From: Chloroflexota bacterium
GTDB taxonomy: Bacteria; Chloroflexota; UBA6077; SHYK01
NCBI GenBank assembly: GCA_034666705.1
Contig: JAXDLH010000288.1
Span: 7,432-71,431 of the forward strand
Direction of reading: 5' to 3'
DNA: 64,000 nt
The position numbers were made by a program, and so were the translations under genes. The notes under the pieces were generated by a model that searched no databases, had not been told where the DNA came from, and saw nothing but the letters and a program-made list of their open reading frames with translations. Shown here in pieces: positions 35,063 through 45,040 of this stretch (position 1 is the stretch's first letter; the number at the start of each line of letters is the position of its first letter).

Positions 35063-36694
35063 GTGATGAACGCTCCAGAGGTCGCAATAGCCGACGTCGG
35101 CCGAATATTTCTGGTCGGCCTGAGCGGCAGCGGTAAGAGCACCCTCGGGGTGCTCCTCGCCGAGCGCCTGGGCCTTCCGTTCATCGACACCGACGCGGCG
35201 ATCGAGCGCACGGAGGGAGCATCGGTAGCCAACATCTTCGCGACACGAGGCGAGGCGGCGTTTCGCGCGCTCGAGCGCGACGCCGTGCTCGCCTCGTGCC
35301 GCGGGACTAGCAGCGTCGTGGCCACAGGTGGCGGTGCGGTCTTGAGCGACGAGGTCCGCGACGCCATGCTGCATACCGGACGCGTGATCTGGCTTGACGC
35401 ACCGGTCGAGGTACTGGCGGGGCGCCTCGCGGGGATGACTGATCGACCGCTTCTCGCGGACGATGTGTATTCGCGGCTCGTCGCGCTGGCGGAGCAGCGA
35501 GCATCGCTCTACGCCGCGGCCCACCTCCGGGTGGACGCTGCGGTCCACCCGGAGATCGTGATGAGCACCATTCTGCGCGCCCTCGACCGGCTTCCCGACC
35601 TGAATCCAGTCTGGGTCCAGACGCCGAGTCAAACGTACCCGGTTTACGTCGGGAGCGGGGTGCTGGCGTGCGCCGGGGCCCTGCTGGGGGCGCACGGGCT
35701 CGACGCTCCGCTGCGCATCATCGCGGACGAGCGTGTGGCAGAACTGCACGGCGCGGCGGTGCGCGAGGCGCTCGCCGGCTTCGAAACGAGTTGGTATCTC
35801 GTGCCAGCCGGCGAAGAGCACAAGTCAGTCGCGCAGGCCGTGGAGCTCTATGGTCGTCTGCTGGCTGATCGCCCCGAGCGGCGCGACGTCATTGTGGCAC
35901 TGGGCGGTGGAGTGATCGGCGACCTGGCGGGCTTCATCGCCGCGACCTTGCTGCGCGGCATGCGCTTCATACAAATCCCCACGACGCTCCTTTCACAGGT
36001 CGACTCTAGCGTCGGCGGCAAGGTTGGCGTCGACCACCCCAGCGGCAAGAACCTGATCGGCGCGTTCCACCATCCCAATCTCGTCCTGGCGGACGTAGCC
36101 GTGCTCCGGACGCTGCCACCGCGCGAAGTCGCCGCCGGGTGGGCGGAGGTCGTGAAGATTGCGGTGATCCAGGATCGAGTGCTCTTCGACGATCTCGAGG
36201 CCCACGTCGACGAGATGCGGGTGCTCGAGCCGGATATCACGACCCGCGCCATTCGCCGCGACGTCGAGCTCAAGGCACGGATCGTGGACCAGGATGAACA
36301 TGATCTCTTGGGCCTGCGCGCTATCTTGAACTATGGGCACACTCTCGGCCACGCGATCGAGGCTGCCACAGGCTACGCAGCGTATCGGCACGGTGAGGGC
36401 GTGGCGATCGGTATGGCCGGCGCGGCGCACATCGCCGAGGCGATGGAGCTGCATCCGGCCGCCGACGCGCAACGGCAACGAGCGGTCCTGGAGCGCCTGG
36501 GATTACCGCAGCACGTTGAGGGCGCCACGCGCGAGATGCTGCGTGCCGCGATGGGTCTCGACAAGAAGCGCGAGGGCGGCCGCCAGTTGTGGGTCCTGCC
36601 GACGGGGATCGGCAGTGTGTGCACGTCGAAAGACGTACCCGAGCAGATCGTCGACGAGGCGATCGCGTTGATTACGCGGTCCAGTCACCCATGA
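35063..36694 (+). CDS. aroB: bifunctional shikimate kinase / 3-dehydroquinate synthase (AroK-AroB fusion)
   Basis: N-terminal P-loop shikimate kinase (LVGLSGSGKSTLG...FIDTD) fused to a full AroB domain (VIVALGGGVIGDLAGF...GGKVGVDHP...GHAIE). Confidence 0.8.
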   Translation: MMNAPEVAIADVGRIFLVGLSGSGKSTLGVLLAERLGLPFIDTDAAIERTEGASVANIFATRGEAAFRALERDAVLASCRGTSSVVATGGGAVLSDEVRDAMLHTGRVIWLDAPVEVLAGRLAGMTDRPLLADDVYSRLVALAEQRASLYAAAHLRVDAAVHPEIVMSTILRALDRLPDLNPVWVQTPSQTYPVYVGSGVLACAGALLGAHGLDAPLRIIADERVAELHGAAVREALAGFETSWYLVPAGEEHKSVAQAVELYGRLLADRPERRDVIVALGGGVIGDLAGFIAATLLRGMRFIQIPTTLLSQVDSSVGGKVGVDHPSGKNLIGAFHHPNLVLADVAVLRTLPPREVAAGWAEVVKIAVIQDRVLFDDLEAHVDEMRVLEPDITTRAIRRDVELKARIVDQDEHDLLGLRAILNYGHTLGHAIEAATGYAAYRHGEGVAIGMAGAAHIAEAMELHPAADAQRQRAVLERLGLPQHVEGATREMLRAAMGLDKKREGGRQLWVLPTGIGSVCTSKDVPEQIVDEAIALITRSSHP

Positions 36695-37149
36695 CCACGA
36701 TCCTGGTCCTCCATGGGCCGAACCTGAGCATCCTCGGCCGCAGGCAGCCGGAGATCTACGGCACCACGACGCTCGAGACAATCGACGAGGCGCTGCGCAG
36801 TCGTGCCTCAGCCTGGGGCTGGGAGATCATCGCCGTCCAATCAAACCATGAGGGCGCATTGATCGACACGATCGAGAGCCACTACGAGCGTATCGAAGGC
36901 GTGCTCATCAACCCGGGCGCCCTGACCCACTACGGCCTGTCGCTGCGTGACGCACTCGCGGCGCTGACGGTGCCCATCGTCGAGGTACACCTCTCCAACA
37001 TCCACGCGCGCGCCGAGGAGTGGCGTCACCACTCCATCACCGGCGAAGTCGCCAAAGGGATCGTGTCAGGCTTCGGTTGGCGCTCCTACCTGCTCGGGCT
37101 CGACGCGCTCCGCGGCATCATCGACCCGGGGGCTAGCCCGCCCGCGTGA
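36691..37149 (+). CDS. aroQ: type II 3-dehydroquinate dehydratase
   Basis: ILVLHGPNLSILGRRQPEIYG...INPGALTHY...EVHLSNIHARE match AroQ. The ATG overlaps the aroB stop (ATGA). Confidence 0.9.
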   Translation: MTTILVLHGPNLSILGRRQPEIYGTTTLETIDEALRSRASAWGWEIIAVQSNHEGALIDTIESHYERIEGVLINPGALTHYGLSLRDALAALTVPIVEVHLSNIHARAEEWRHHSITGEVAKGIVSGFGWRSYLLGLDALRGIIDPGASPPA

Positions 37150-38787
37150 GCGGCGCCGCGGTCGTGGCCGCTCTGTCGCTGGCGCTTCATCCGAAGCCTC
37201 GACCGGCTCGCTCGACTGAACCTCCGCTTCCTGAGCCTCGCCCATCGGAAGCGCGAGTGGAGCATCGTGGCCGTTTGTGGTTATGAGCTCATCGTCGGAG
37301 CTGCTTGGGAGCTCTTCCGTTGCGGAGCTCTCTTCTGTCACGGCGCTCACATCGGTTCGCGCAGTGCCCCGGCCTCGTGACCGGCGACGCGGCCTCGGTC
37401 GCTCCGGCGGCGCCTCCGCGCTCGTGCCACTCTCGCCGGCAATTTCCGGCGACGATTCGATCTCGACATCATTGGCAGCGACTGGCTCGATCCCATTGGT
37501 CCCGGGCGGCTCTTCGAGCGCCCGCATGACGAGGGGGTGCCTGCGATTCAACCGGAAGATGTTGATGTCGCGGTACTCGCCGGTGATTCGATCGAGAATG
37601 GTCCGCGTGTCGGTGAGGAACATGCCGTCCTGGATCGCTTGATCGACGAGGTCGCTCAACTCGTTGAGCGTCATCGGGACGAGGCGAGACTCTGCGGCTC
37701 GATTCACGATGTAGTTGAACGACATGAATGGGCTGCCCTGCTCCAGCAGATCGACGAACCGCACGAGCTTCGTGAGACGTTCCTCGTCTACGGGATCGAG
37801 CTTGACCGTGGACCGCTGGACGACGGGATTCCGCAATGGCGGAGGAGGCGGGGTTTCTCCAATCCGCTGCACGGCCTCCTCGGCCTCGCGCTCAACCTCT
37901 TGCGGCGTCTCGACTGCGAGGCCGGTGTCGATCTCCTCGCCCGGCATGTACACGCGATCCGTGAGGCCAACAGTTTGGGTCTTCACGATCCCGCGCCGCT
38001 CGGCCTCCTTCATAAAGTCCTTGAACTTCGAGTAGCCATAGGCCTGCTCGTCGAAGCTGCCAAGGCGGCTGGCCAGGAGCAGCTTGACCTGCGCGAACAC
38101 GTTGGGCCGCCGCTTCTCGCGTACGTACTTCACGACCTCGCCGAGGACCTTGAACGCCTCGTCAACGGCGACGAGAGGTGCGGCCACGGGAGCTGGCGCC
38201 GGTGTGGGTGCATGAGGCGGCGCCGTGCTGGCCGCCACCAGCGGCGCCGGGCGCCGCGCAGGGGCCGGATCGACGTCCACGTCGTACGCGATGTACTGGT
38301 CGGCGCTGCTGGTGAGCATCCAACTCGTGTTCCACGAGGCGCCGATGATGACCACGCGCTTGCCGTGCGTGCGCAGGGTATTGACGAGATGGATAAAGTC
38401 GCCGTCGCCGGTGACAAAGACGAACGTTGCCACGCTGGGGTTCAGGTAGGCGAACTCCACCACGTCGACGGCGAGCTTGATGTCCACGGAATTCTTGCGG
38501 CGGGGCAGTCCGTCGGTCGTGGCATCGCCGGGCCCGACGAAGATCGTGGGGACGTAGATCGGCTCGATGCCCACGGAGTAAAGATCGTTGGGATCGCGGA
38601 GGTTGTGGCCCTCCTGCCAGTTGGCGTACGCCTTAGCGGTCACCACCCGGCCAAATCGCCCGGCCGCATCCTTGAGCGCCTGAACGTTGGGAAGCCGGTT
38701 ATCGCGGTTAAGCAGGCTGTACTTGATGTTCTCCCAGTCGATGAACATCGCGACGTCGCCGGAGGGCGACGACGAGGGAGCAGTCAA
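37066..38787 (-). CDS. NYN (LabA-like) domain plus OST-HTH/LOTUS domain protein with Arg/Ser-rich C-terminal repeats
   Basis: N-terminal NYN fold (MFIDWENIKYS...FVFVTGDGDF), a central OST-HTH-like segment, and a C-terminal acidic region with a duplicated ERPRPRRRSRGRG. The start is taken at TTG 38787, which has GGAGG 7 nt upstream. Confidence 0.6.
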   Translation of the reverse strand: MTAPSSSPSGDVAMFIDWENIKYSLLNRDNRLPNVQALKDAAGRFGRVVTAKAYANWQEGHNLRDPNDLYSVGIEPIYVPTIFVGPGDATTDGLPRRKNSVDIKLAVDVVEFAYLNPSVATFVFVTGDGDFIHLVNTLRTHGKRVVIIGASWNTSWMLTSSADQYIAYDVDVDPAPARRPAPLVAASTAPPHAPTPAPAPVAAPLVAVDEAFKVLGEVVKYVREKRRPNVFAQVKLLLASRLGSFDEQAYGYSKFKDFMKEAERRGIVKTQTVGLTDRVYMPGEEIDTGLAVETPQEVEREAEEAVQRIGETPPPPPLRNPVVQRSTVKLDPVDEERLTKLVRFVDLLEQGSPFMSFNYIVNRAAESRLVPMTLNELSDLVDQAIQDGMFLTDTRTILDRITGEYRDINIFRLNRRHPLVMRALEEPPGTNGIEPVAANDVEIESSPEIAGESGTSAEAPPERPRPRRRSRGRGTARTDVSAVTEESSATEELPSSSDDELITTNGHDAPLALPMGEAQEAEVQSSEPVEASDEAPATERPRPRRRSRGRASPRVDDAAERVEPEQVGAPTEA

Positions 38788-38874
38788 TATGTGCCTCCAG
38801 GAGTTTTCGACAAAAATGGGCAAGTGTCTGGCGGAGGCCGGCGCGACAGTCCGCAACCTCGGCAATCCGCTGCC

Positions 38875-39735
38875 TCATTGTACGACCAGTGCCACCGGAA
38901 GCAGCAGCACGATCAACTGACAGAAGAGCGCCGTGCCGGCGAGCACGTGTGCGACCCGCACGACCCGCCTGCCGAGAGCAAGACTGATCACCGTATTTAC
39001 CAGGAGCACACCCGCTGCGGCCGCAACCCCGTTCATTGGGAGCGGGTGCATGCCAGCCAACTCGGCGGCGCACACCGCGCCCAGGATGACGAACCCCAGA
39101 AGCAGCATCAGGCGCACCGTCCAGGGGCTGTGCCCCAGCACGTCGAGCAGCGACACCGGCGGGCGCACTCTTCCGGCGCGGACGAACGACGTCTCCGTTG
39201 CGGCCCGAACGACCGCCCCGCGAAACGCCTCCGGATCATCCGGACTGACGACGACCTGGGTCCCCGCTACCTCGACGAAGACGAGCGCCGCCACGTCATT
39301 CGTCGTGGCGCGCCAGCACCATTCGTCGCCATCTGCTCCGACGATGCGCCCGACGTAGAAGCCAGGCCAGGCCAGCGGCGCGTCGGCCGCGATCGCCTGG
39401 GGCACGGTCGCAACTCGCTCGATCTGCTCGTAGCGAATTCGCAGGCGGCTGACGCCGCACAGCACGTCGAGGGCGCTTGTCCCTAGCCGGTAGCGCAGCG
39501 TTCCGCACCACCAGCCGCCGACCGCCGCGCCGAGAGCGATGCCCAACCCAAGCAGCGCAGTGAGGAGGAGCACACCCATCGCGAAGATCGAGTTGGCCCG
39601 CAATCCCTCCATCGCCAGCGCGACTCCGGAACTCAGGCTGACCGCGACGATCAACGCACCAAGTCCGACGCCCCGGCCGCGCGTGGCTGCGCCGACCTGA
39701 CCCTCGAGTGGCAGCGTCTGACCAGAGGTCACCAC
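38875..39735 (-). CDS. hypothetical integral membrane protein
   Basis: 286 aa with N- and C-terminal hydrophobic segments flanking a soluble middle domain. No family recognised. Confidence 0.4.
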   Translation of the reverse strand: MVTSGQTLPLEGQVGAATRGRGVGLGALIVAVSLSSGVALAMEGLRANSIFAMGVLLLTALLGLGIALGAAVGGWWCGTLRYRLGTSALDVLCGVSRLRIRYEQIERVATVPQAIAADAPLAWPGFYVGRIVGADGDEWCWRATTNDVAALVFVEVAGTQVVVSPDDPEAFRGAVVRAATETSFVRAGRVRPPVSLLDVLGHSPWTVRLMLLLGFVILGAVCAAELAGMHPLPMNGVAAAAGVLLVNTVISLALGRRVVRVAHVLAGTALFCQLIVLLLPVALVVQ

Positions 39736-39800
39736 GGCGCACGCGAAACGGATGTGCGAACGCGGCGCGTGCAGATTGCACGCAGGTGTAGACTGCGACC

Positions 39801-40970
39801 GTGGCTACCCGACACGCGCCGCCTCCTCGGATCGGCATCAATGCGCAAAAGCTCTCGCTGAGCCAGTCCTACCACGCGGCAGGCTCGAGCCGCTACGTCC
39901 ACAACCTCGTGCGCGAGCTGCGCGCGCTGGATGCGGAGGAGCAGTTCCTCGTCTACGCTCGCGAGAAGGACGTACCGCCCGACCTGGCGTCGACGGCGAA
40001 CTTTCGCGTCGTTGGCACGCGTGCGCCGACGGATCGCCCCATTGCCCGCATCCTGTGGGAGCAACTCAGGCTGCCGCGGCTGCTTCGTCACGACCACGTC
40101 ACACTCTTTCATGGGGCAATCAATGCTTTGCCGCTCGCGTGGGAGGGCCCGCGCATCGCGACCATTCTCGATCTGACCTTCCTGCGGATCCCACAGGCGT
40201 TCAATCGCAGCAATCGGCTGTACTTGACCTGGATGACCCGCTACGTCGCGCGGCATGCCGATCGCATCATCACCATCTCCGAGGCTTCGCGGCGCGATGC
40301 TATCGAGCTCCTGGGGGCTGCCCCAGCGCACGTAGTGGCCATTCCGCTGGGCGTGGACCCGCAGTTCCAGCCGATGAGTGATCATCTTGCCGTCGCTCGG
40401 TTCCGGGAGGCCAATGGCTTGCCGGAGCACTTCATCCTGCATCTGGGCACCATTGAGCCGCGGAAGAATCTGCTGCGTCTCATCGACGCCTACGCCGAGC
40501 TGAGACGCCGCGGGGCGACCGACTGGCCTCTGATCCTGGCCGGTGGCCGTGGCTGGGGAGACCAACCGATATTCGACCGCGTCGCCGCGACCGGGCTCGA
40601 CGGGGCCATCCGTTTTGCCGGTTTTGTGCCGGATAGCGACTTGCCCCTCTGGTACAATGCGGCGTCCCTCTTCACCTATCCCAGTGAATATGAGGGGTTC
40701 GGGCTGCCGGTGCTCGAGGCGCTGGCCTGCGGTACCCCAGTCGTAGCCTCGAATAGCTCCTCTTTCCCGGAGGTAGTGGGAGATGCCGGGATCCTTGTGG
40801 ACCCTGCCGATACCCGGGATATGGCGAACGGCATTGAGCGGGTGCTCGCCGATGATGCATTGCGGGCCCATTATGCAAGCGCCGGGCCGGAGCGCGCGCG
40901 CCGTTTCAGCTGGCGCGCCACGGCGGAACGCACGCTCGCGGTGTATCGCGAGGTGATGGCAGCGACATGA
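39801..40970 (+). CDS. glycosyltransferase family 4
   Basis: GT4 C-terminal signature (EYEGFGLPVLEALACGTPVVASN). Confidence 0.8.
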   Translation: MATRHAPPPRIGINAQKLSLSQSYHAAGSSRYVHNLVRELRALDAEEQFLVYAREKDVPPDLASTANFRVVGTRAPTDRPIARILWEQLRLPRLLRHDHVTLFHGAINALPLAWEGPRIATILDLTFLRIPQAFNRSNRLYLTWMTRYVARHADRIITISEASRRDAIELLGAAPAHVVAIPLGVDPQFQPMSDHLAVARFREANGLPEHFILHLGTIEPRKNLLRLIDAYAELRRRGATDWPLILAGGRGWGDQPIFDRVAATGLDGAIRFAGFVPDSDLPLWYNAASLFTYPSEYEGFGLPVLEALACGTPVVASNSSSFPEVVGDAGILVDPADTRDMANGIERVLADDALRAHYASAGPERARRFSWRATAERTLAVYREVMAAT

Positions 40971-42448
40971 ACGTGTTCCCGGGTGCCGCCGCCGAAGCCG
41001 TTGGGCGGCCCGCGAGTCGGGCCCATCCGAGCAACCGCTGGCTTCGACGTTTCCAGCTCACGGCTCTCGTGGTTTCTGACCTCATTGCCGTCAACCTGGC
41101 GTTTGCGGCTGCTTACTATCTGCGCTACCACCTGCAGTTGGGCGGCGACGTACCGGGCGAGAGTTACGTCGACTGGACCATATACCTGCCGGTGCAGGCG
41201 CTCTTCATGGTGCTTTGTCTCCTCGGCTACCAGGTCCGCAAGAGTTACGCGCTGCCGCGCGGCTCGTCGTTGGCAGGAGAGGGCGAGGCGCTCCTCAGCA
41301 GCACGACCGTTGCGGCGATGGTCACCTTCACGCTCGTCTCGCTGATCCGCTACCCCGCATCGTCGCGGCTGACGCTGATTTATGCCTGGGGCCTCGCGTT
41401 CGTCCTGACGTTCGCGGGCCGTTGCATCATCCGTGCGCTGCGCGCCCAGTTGCACAGCACCGGGTTCGGCATCGAGCGCGTCGTCGTCGTCGGCAACAAC
41501 CGGCTCGCACGCATGGTGATGCAGATGCTGGCTCAGCAGTCGTACCTCGGGTACCGGGTCGTAGGGTTCGTCGACGAGGCGTCGCGTTCGGACTTCGGCC
41601 GGTTCCGCGCGCTCGGCGGCATTCATCGCCTTCCCACCCTGATCGGCGAGCATCAGATCGATCGCGTCATCGTGGCGCTGCCTGCGGCGCAGCACAATGA
41701 CATTCTGTGGGTGCTCGATCACTGCCGGCACGACGGCGTGAGCTTCAGCTTGGTCCCCGACCTGTTCGAGCTCCGGCTGAGCCACGTCGAACTCGACGCG
41801 GTCAACGGCATACCCCTGTTCGCACTCAACGAGACCAACATCGCGGGCTGGAACCTATTCGTCAAGCGCATGCTGGATGCGGTCGTCAGTCTGCTCATCC
41901 TTTCGCTCCTCAGCCCACTCTTCCTCCTCATCGCGATCGCCATCAAGCTGGACTCGCCCGGTCCCGTGTTCTTCCGCCAGACGCGTCTCGGCAAAGACGG
42001 CCGACCCTTCACCTGCTACAAGTTCCGCTCCATGCGCGCCAACGCTGAGCAAGAGCGCGAGGCACTCAACGAGTTGAATGAGGCGGATGGGCCGCTCTTC
42101 AAGATTCGGCGTGATCCCCGGTTAACGCGCGTGGGGCGGATCATCCGGCGCATGAGCATCGACGAGTTCCCGCAATTGTGGAACGTGCTCCAGGGTGACA
42201 TGAGCCTCGTCGGTCCCCGCCCGCCCATTCCCGCCGAGGTCGAGCAGTACGAAGACTGGCACCGCCGGCGGCTCGAGACGGTGCCAGGCATTACGGGGCT
42301 CTGGCAAGTTAGCGGCCGCAGCGAGCTGAGCTTCGACGAGATGGTCATGCTTGACATCTACTACATCGAGAACTGGTCACTCACGCTCGATCTCCAGATT
42401 CTGGCGCGCACCATTCCGGCTGTGCTTCGCACCGCGGGCGCGTTCTAG
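40967..42448 (+). CDS. polyprenyl-phosphate sugar phosphotransferase (WbaP / bacterial sugar transferase family)
   Basis: Multi-transmembrane N-terminus plus the C-terminal bacterial sugar transferase domain (KFRSMR...[18 protein letters not shown]). Confidence 0.85.
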   Translation: MNVFPGAAAEAVGRPASRAHPSNRWLRRFQLTALVVSDLIAVNLAFAAAYYLRYHLQLGGDVPGESYVDWTIYLPVQALFMVLCLLGYQVRKSYALPRGSSLAGEGEALLSSTTVAAMVTFTLVSLIRYPASSRLTLIYAWGLAFVLTFAGRCIIRALRAQLHSTGFGIERVVVVGNNRLARMVMQMLAQQSYLGYRVVGFVDEASRSDFGRFRALGGIHRLPTLIGEHQIDRVIVALPAAQHNDILWVLDHCRHDGVSFSLVPDLFELRLSHVELDAVNGIPLFALNETNIAGWNLFVKRMLDAVVSLLILSLLSPLFLLIAIAIKLDSPGPVFFRQTRLGKDGRPFTCYKFRSMRANAEQEREALNELNEADGPLFKIRRDPRLTRVGRIIRRMSIDEFPQLWNVLQGDMSLVGPRPPIPAEVEQYEDWHRRRLETVPGITGLWQVSGRSELSFDEMVMLDIYYIENWSLTLDLQILARTIPAVLRTAGAF

Positions 42449-42452
42449 GGTC

Positions 42453-43583
42453 GTGCGCGTCGCCCTCGTCCACGACTACCTGAACCAGTACGGCGGCGCG
42501 GAGCGGGTGCTCGAGGTCTTCCACGAGCTCTACCCCAACGCACCCGTGTACACCTCGCTGTACGAGCCGACCGCCATGCCCGCACACTTTCGCGGCTGGG
42601 ATATTCGCACCTCCTTCATGCAGCGGATCCCGCTCGCGCGCGCACACCACCGCCATGCACTGCTGCTCTACCCACTTGCCTTCGAGTCGTTCGATCTCAG
42701 CAGCTACGACGTTGTCATCTCGAACTCCAGCGCGTGGTGCAAAGGGGTGAAAACGCCGCCGGGCACCATGCATCTCTCCTATTGCCTCACGCCGATGCGG
42801 TTCGCGTGGAATCTAGATGCCTACGTCGACCGCGAGCGGCTCGGCAGATCGGCGCGCACGATACTGCCGACGCTGATGCACGGCCTGCGGCGTTGGGACG
42901 TCGCCAACTCCCGACGCGTCGATCGCTTCGTCGGAATCTCGCGCGTGGTGGTCGAGCGCATCCGCCAGTGCTACGGGAGGGATGCCGACCTGCTGATGCC
43001 GCCAGTGGACGTCGAATCAATTCCGCTCAGCCGCGAGGTTGGCGACGAGTACCTCGTGGTCTCTCGGCTGATTCCGTACAAGCGGATCGACCTCGCGATC
43101 GAGGCGTGCAACCGACTCGGCGCTCCGCTCTGCGTCGTCGGCGACGGGCGGGACCGGGCGAGCCTCGAGGCGCTGGCCGGGCCATCGGTACGATTCGCGG
43201 GCTTTGTCGCGGATCAGGAAGCCCGTGCGTACCGCGCGACGTGCCGGGCGTTTCTTTTCCCTGGTGAGGAGGATTTCGGCATTGCGCCCGTCGAGGCAAT
43301 GGCAGCAGGGCGGCCCGTGATCGCCTTTGCCGGCGGCGGCGCGCTCGATACCGTCGTCGATGGGGAGACCGGCGCGCTCTTCAGCCCCCAGAGCGCAGAT
43401 GCGCTCGCGGCAACGCTCGCGGCGTTCGATCCCACCCGATTCGACCCCGAGCGCATTCGGGCACATGCGCTCGGTTTCGCGACCTCGACGTTCAAGAAGC
43501 GCTTCGCGGACCTCGTCGACGATGCGTATCGGGCGCACCGTGCTTCGGTTCGGTTTGCCCAGACCGAAAGGGCGCCGGTATAG
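42453..43583 (+). CDS. glycosyltransferase family 4
   Basis: The start VRVALVHDYLNQYGGAERV and the segment EDFGIAPVEAMAAGRPVIA fit GT4. GTG start 5 nt after the WbaP stop. Confidence 0.8.
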   Translation: MRVALVHDYLNQYGGAERVLEVFHELYPNAPVYTSLYEPTAMPAHFRGWDIRTSFMQRIPLARAHHRHALLLYPLAFESFDLSSYDVVISNSSAWCKGVKTPPGTMHLSYCLTPMRFAWNLDAYVDRERLGRSARTILPTLMHGLRRWDVANSRRVDRFVGISRVVVERIRQCYGRDADLLMPPVDVESIPLSREVGDEYLVVSRLIPYKRIDLAIEACNRLGAPLCVVGDGRDRASLEALAGPSVRFAGFVADQEARAYRATCRAFLFPGEEDFGIAPVEAMAAGRPVIAFAGGGALDTVVDGETGALFSPQSADALAATLAAFDPTRFDPERIRAHALGFATSTFKKRFADLVDDAYRAHRASVRFAQTERAPV

Positions 43584-43625
43584 TTCGCGCCGGCACCGCC
43601 ATCCGGGGTGTCCCCGAGGTCGACG

Positions 43626-44327
43626 ATGGACCTGCATGATGCCGTTGCCATTTTGCTGCGACGCTGGCCAATCATCGCCGCGGTCACAATCCTCGCCCTG
43701 GTGTTCGCCACGGCGTTCAGCCTCCGCGGGCCCAGGGCCTACGAAGCATCGATGCGGCTGGCGGTAAGTGTCACCGACGAGGGAAGCGCCACTTCCGAGA
43801 GCGACGCACCGCCCTACAGCTACTACCGCGACTATTACCTCTGGCTGTCGTCCGAGTACCTGGCCGACGACCTCGCGCAGCTCCTCAAGAGTCAGTCATT
43901 CGGGACCGACGTCGGCCAGCAGCTCGGCGAAGATGCCCGCACGCTGGACCTGTCCAGTCTGACGACGACCAAGAAGACGCATCGGATGCTGGACGTAGCT
44001 GTGCAAGCGCCATCGCCGACGCGTGCCCTGCAGCTCGCGTCCGCTATCGCCGAGCTCGTTCGCACCCAGAGCCCGCGGTATCTGGGTGCGCTCGCCTCCT
44101 CGGGCGGACGGGTCGCGGTGATCGACCAGCCTTCGGTGCACGCCGCGACCACGGTTGGATCCCAGGTGGCGGACGTCGGTCTGCGCGGTCTACTCGGGCT
44201 GCTCGCCGGCCTCTTCCTGGCGTTTGTCGTAGATTACGTCGACTCAACCATTCGAGATGCGGGCGACGTCCGGCGGGCGCTGGGACTGCCGGTGCTGGGA
44301 GAGATTCCGGCTGGCCCACGGCCATGA
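43626..44327 (+). CDS. Wzz-like polysaccharide chain-length determinant / co-polymerase
   Basis: N-terminal transmembrane segment, periplasmic domain and C-terminal transmembrane segment; the Wzz N-terminal motif (LLRRWPIIAAVTIL) is present. Confidence 0.6.
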   Translation: MDLHDAVAILLRRWPIIAAVTILALVFATAFSLRGPRAYEASMRLAVSVTDEGSATSESDAPPYSYYRDYYLWLSSEYLADDLAQLLKSQSFGTDVGQQLGEDARTLDLSSLTTTKKTHRMLDVAVQAPSPTRALQLASAIAELVRTQSPRYLGALASSGGRVAVIDQPSVHAATTVGSQVADVGLRGLLGLLAGLFLAFVVDYVDSTIRDAGDVRRALGLPVLGEIPAGPRP

Positions 44328-44386
44328 CGGCGCAGTCGCCCCACGCGCGATGCTGATCGACACCCCAAAACCGTCTCCGAGGTAGC

Positions 44387-45040
44387 ATGCCACTCCAGGA
44401 ATATGCAGCAATACTCGCCCGGCGCTGGTGGATCGTGCTGCTGCCAGCGCTCGTCGCCGCGGTGCTCGGCTATACCCTCGCGCGGGCCGAGATTCCCGTG
44501 TACCGGTCCTCCATACAGCTCGAAGTCACCGGCCGCATCGACAACGGCCAGGTTCTTGCGATAGAACGGTTGCTCAAGCAGCTTGCGGCGCGTGTGAGCA
44601 CGACCGCCGTGGCGCAAGAGGTCGACCAGCGCCTGCACCTCGAATTGGGGGCAGACGCGGTCCTCGCCCGCATCCGCACCCAGGCCATTCCTGAGACGTT
44701 GCACATCCAGATCGACGTGGACGATTCCTCACCGGAGCGGGCGGAGCAGATCGCCCAGGCAGTCGCGCAAGTCGCGCAAGAGCGGCAGACGGCGCTGATG
44801 GCGATCGTCCCGGAGCAGGAGCGGGTGAACGAGACCGTATTCGACCGACCGGAACACGCGCGACTGGTCGCGCCAGCGTTTCGGTCCATCGTGCTCGCCG
44901 CCGCCATTCTCGGGCTGATGGCGGGCACGGTTCTGGCGTTCGTGTTCGACTCGACTGAGCGCTGGCGAGGCCGCGCCATACGACGCAGCCACCTCAGCGT
45001 CGTGCCACCGGCGCATTCGGCCGAGGGAGAGCAGTTGTGA
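44387..45040 (+). CDS. Wzz-like chain-length determinant (second copy)
   Basis: Same topology and the ILARRWWIVLLPALV motif. Confidence 0.6.
   Translation: MPLQEYAAILARRWWIVLLPALVAAVLGYTLARAEIPVYRSSIQLEVTGRIDNGQVLAIERLLKQLAARVSTTAVAQEVDQRLHLELGADAVLARIRTQAIPETLHIQIDVDDSSPERAEQIAQAVAQVAQERQTALMAIVPEQERVNETVFDRPEHARLVAPAFRSIVLAAAILGLMAGTVLAFVFDSTERWRGRAIRRSHLSVVPPAHSAEGEQL

Noticed and set aside
33758-35821. Minus-strand ORFs 33758..34606 and 34823..35821 within the aro operon
   Set aside because: Antisense to DAHP synthase, aroE and aroK/B; nonsense composition.
37537-39486. 649-aa plus-strand ORF opposite the NYN/LOTUS gene and membrane-protein gene
   Set aside because: The composition is typical of GC-rich antisense frames (Arg/His/Asp-rich). 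The minus-strand genes have recognisable domains and Shine-Dalgarno sequences.
39729-41785. Minus-strand ORFs 39729..40871 and 40871..41785 opposite GT4 and WbaP
   Set aside because: Shadow ORFs; the plus-strand genes have definitive glycosyltransferase and sugar-transferase signatures.
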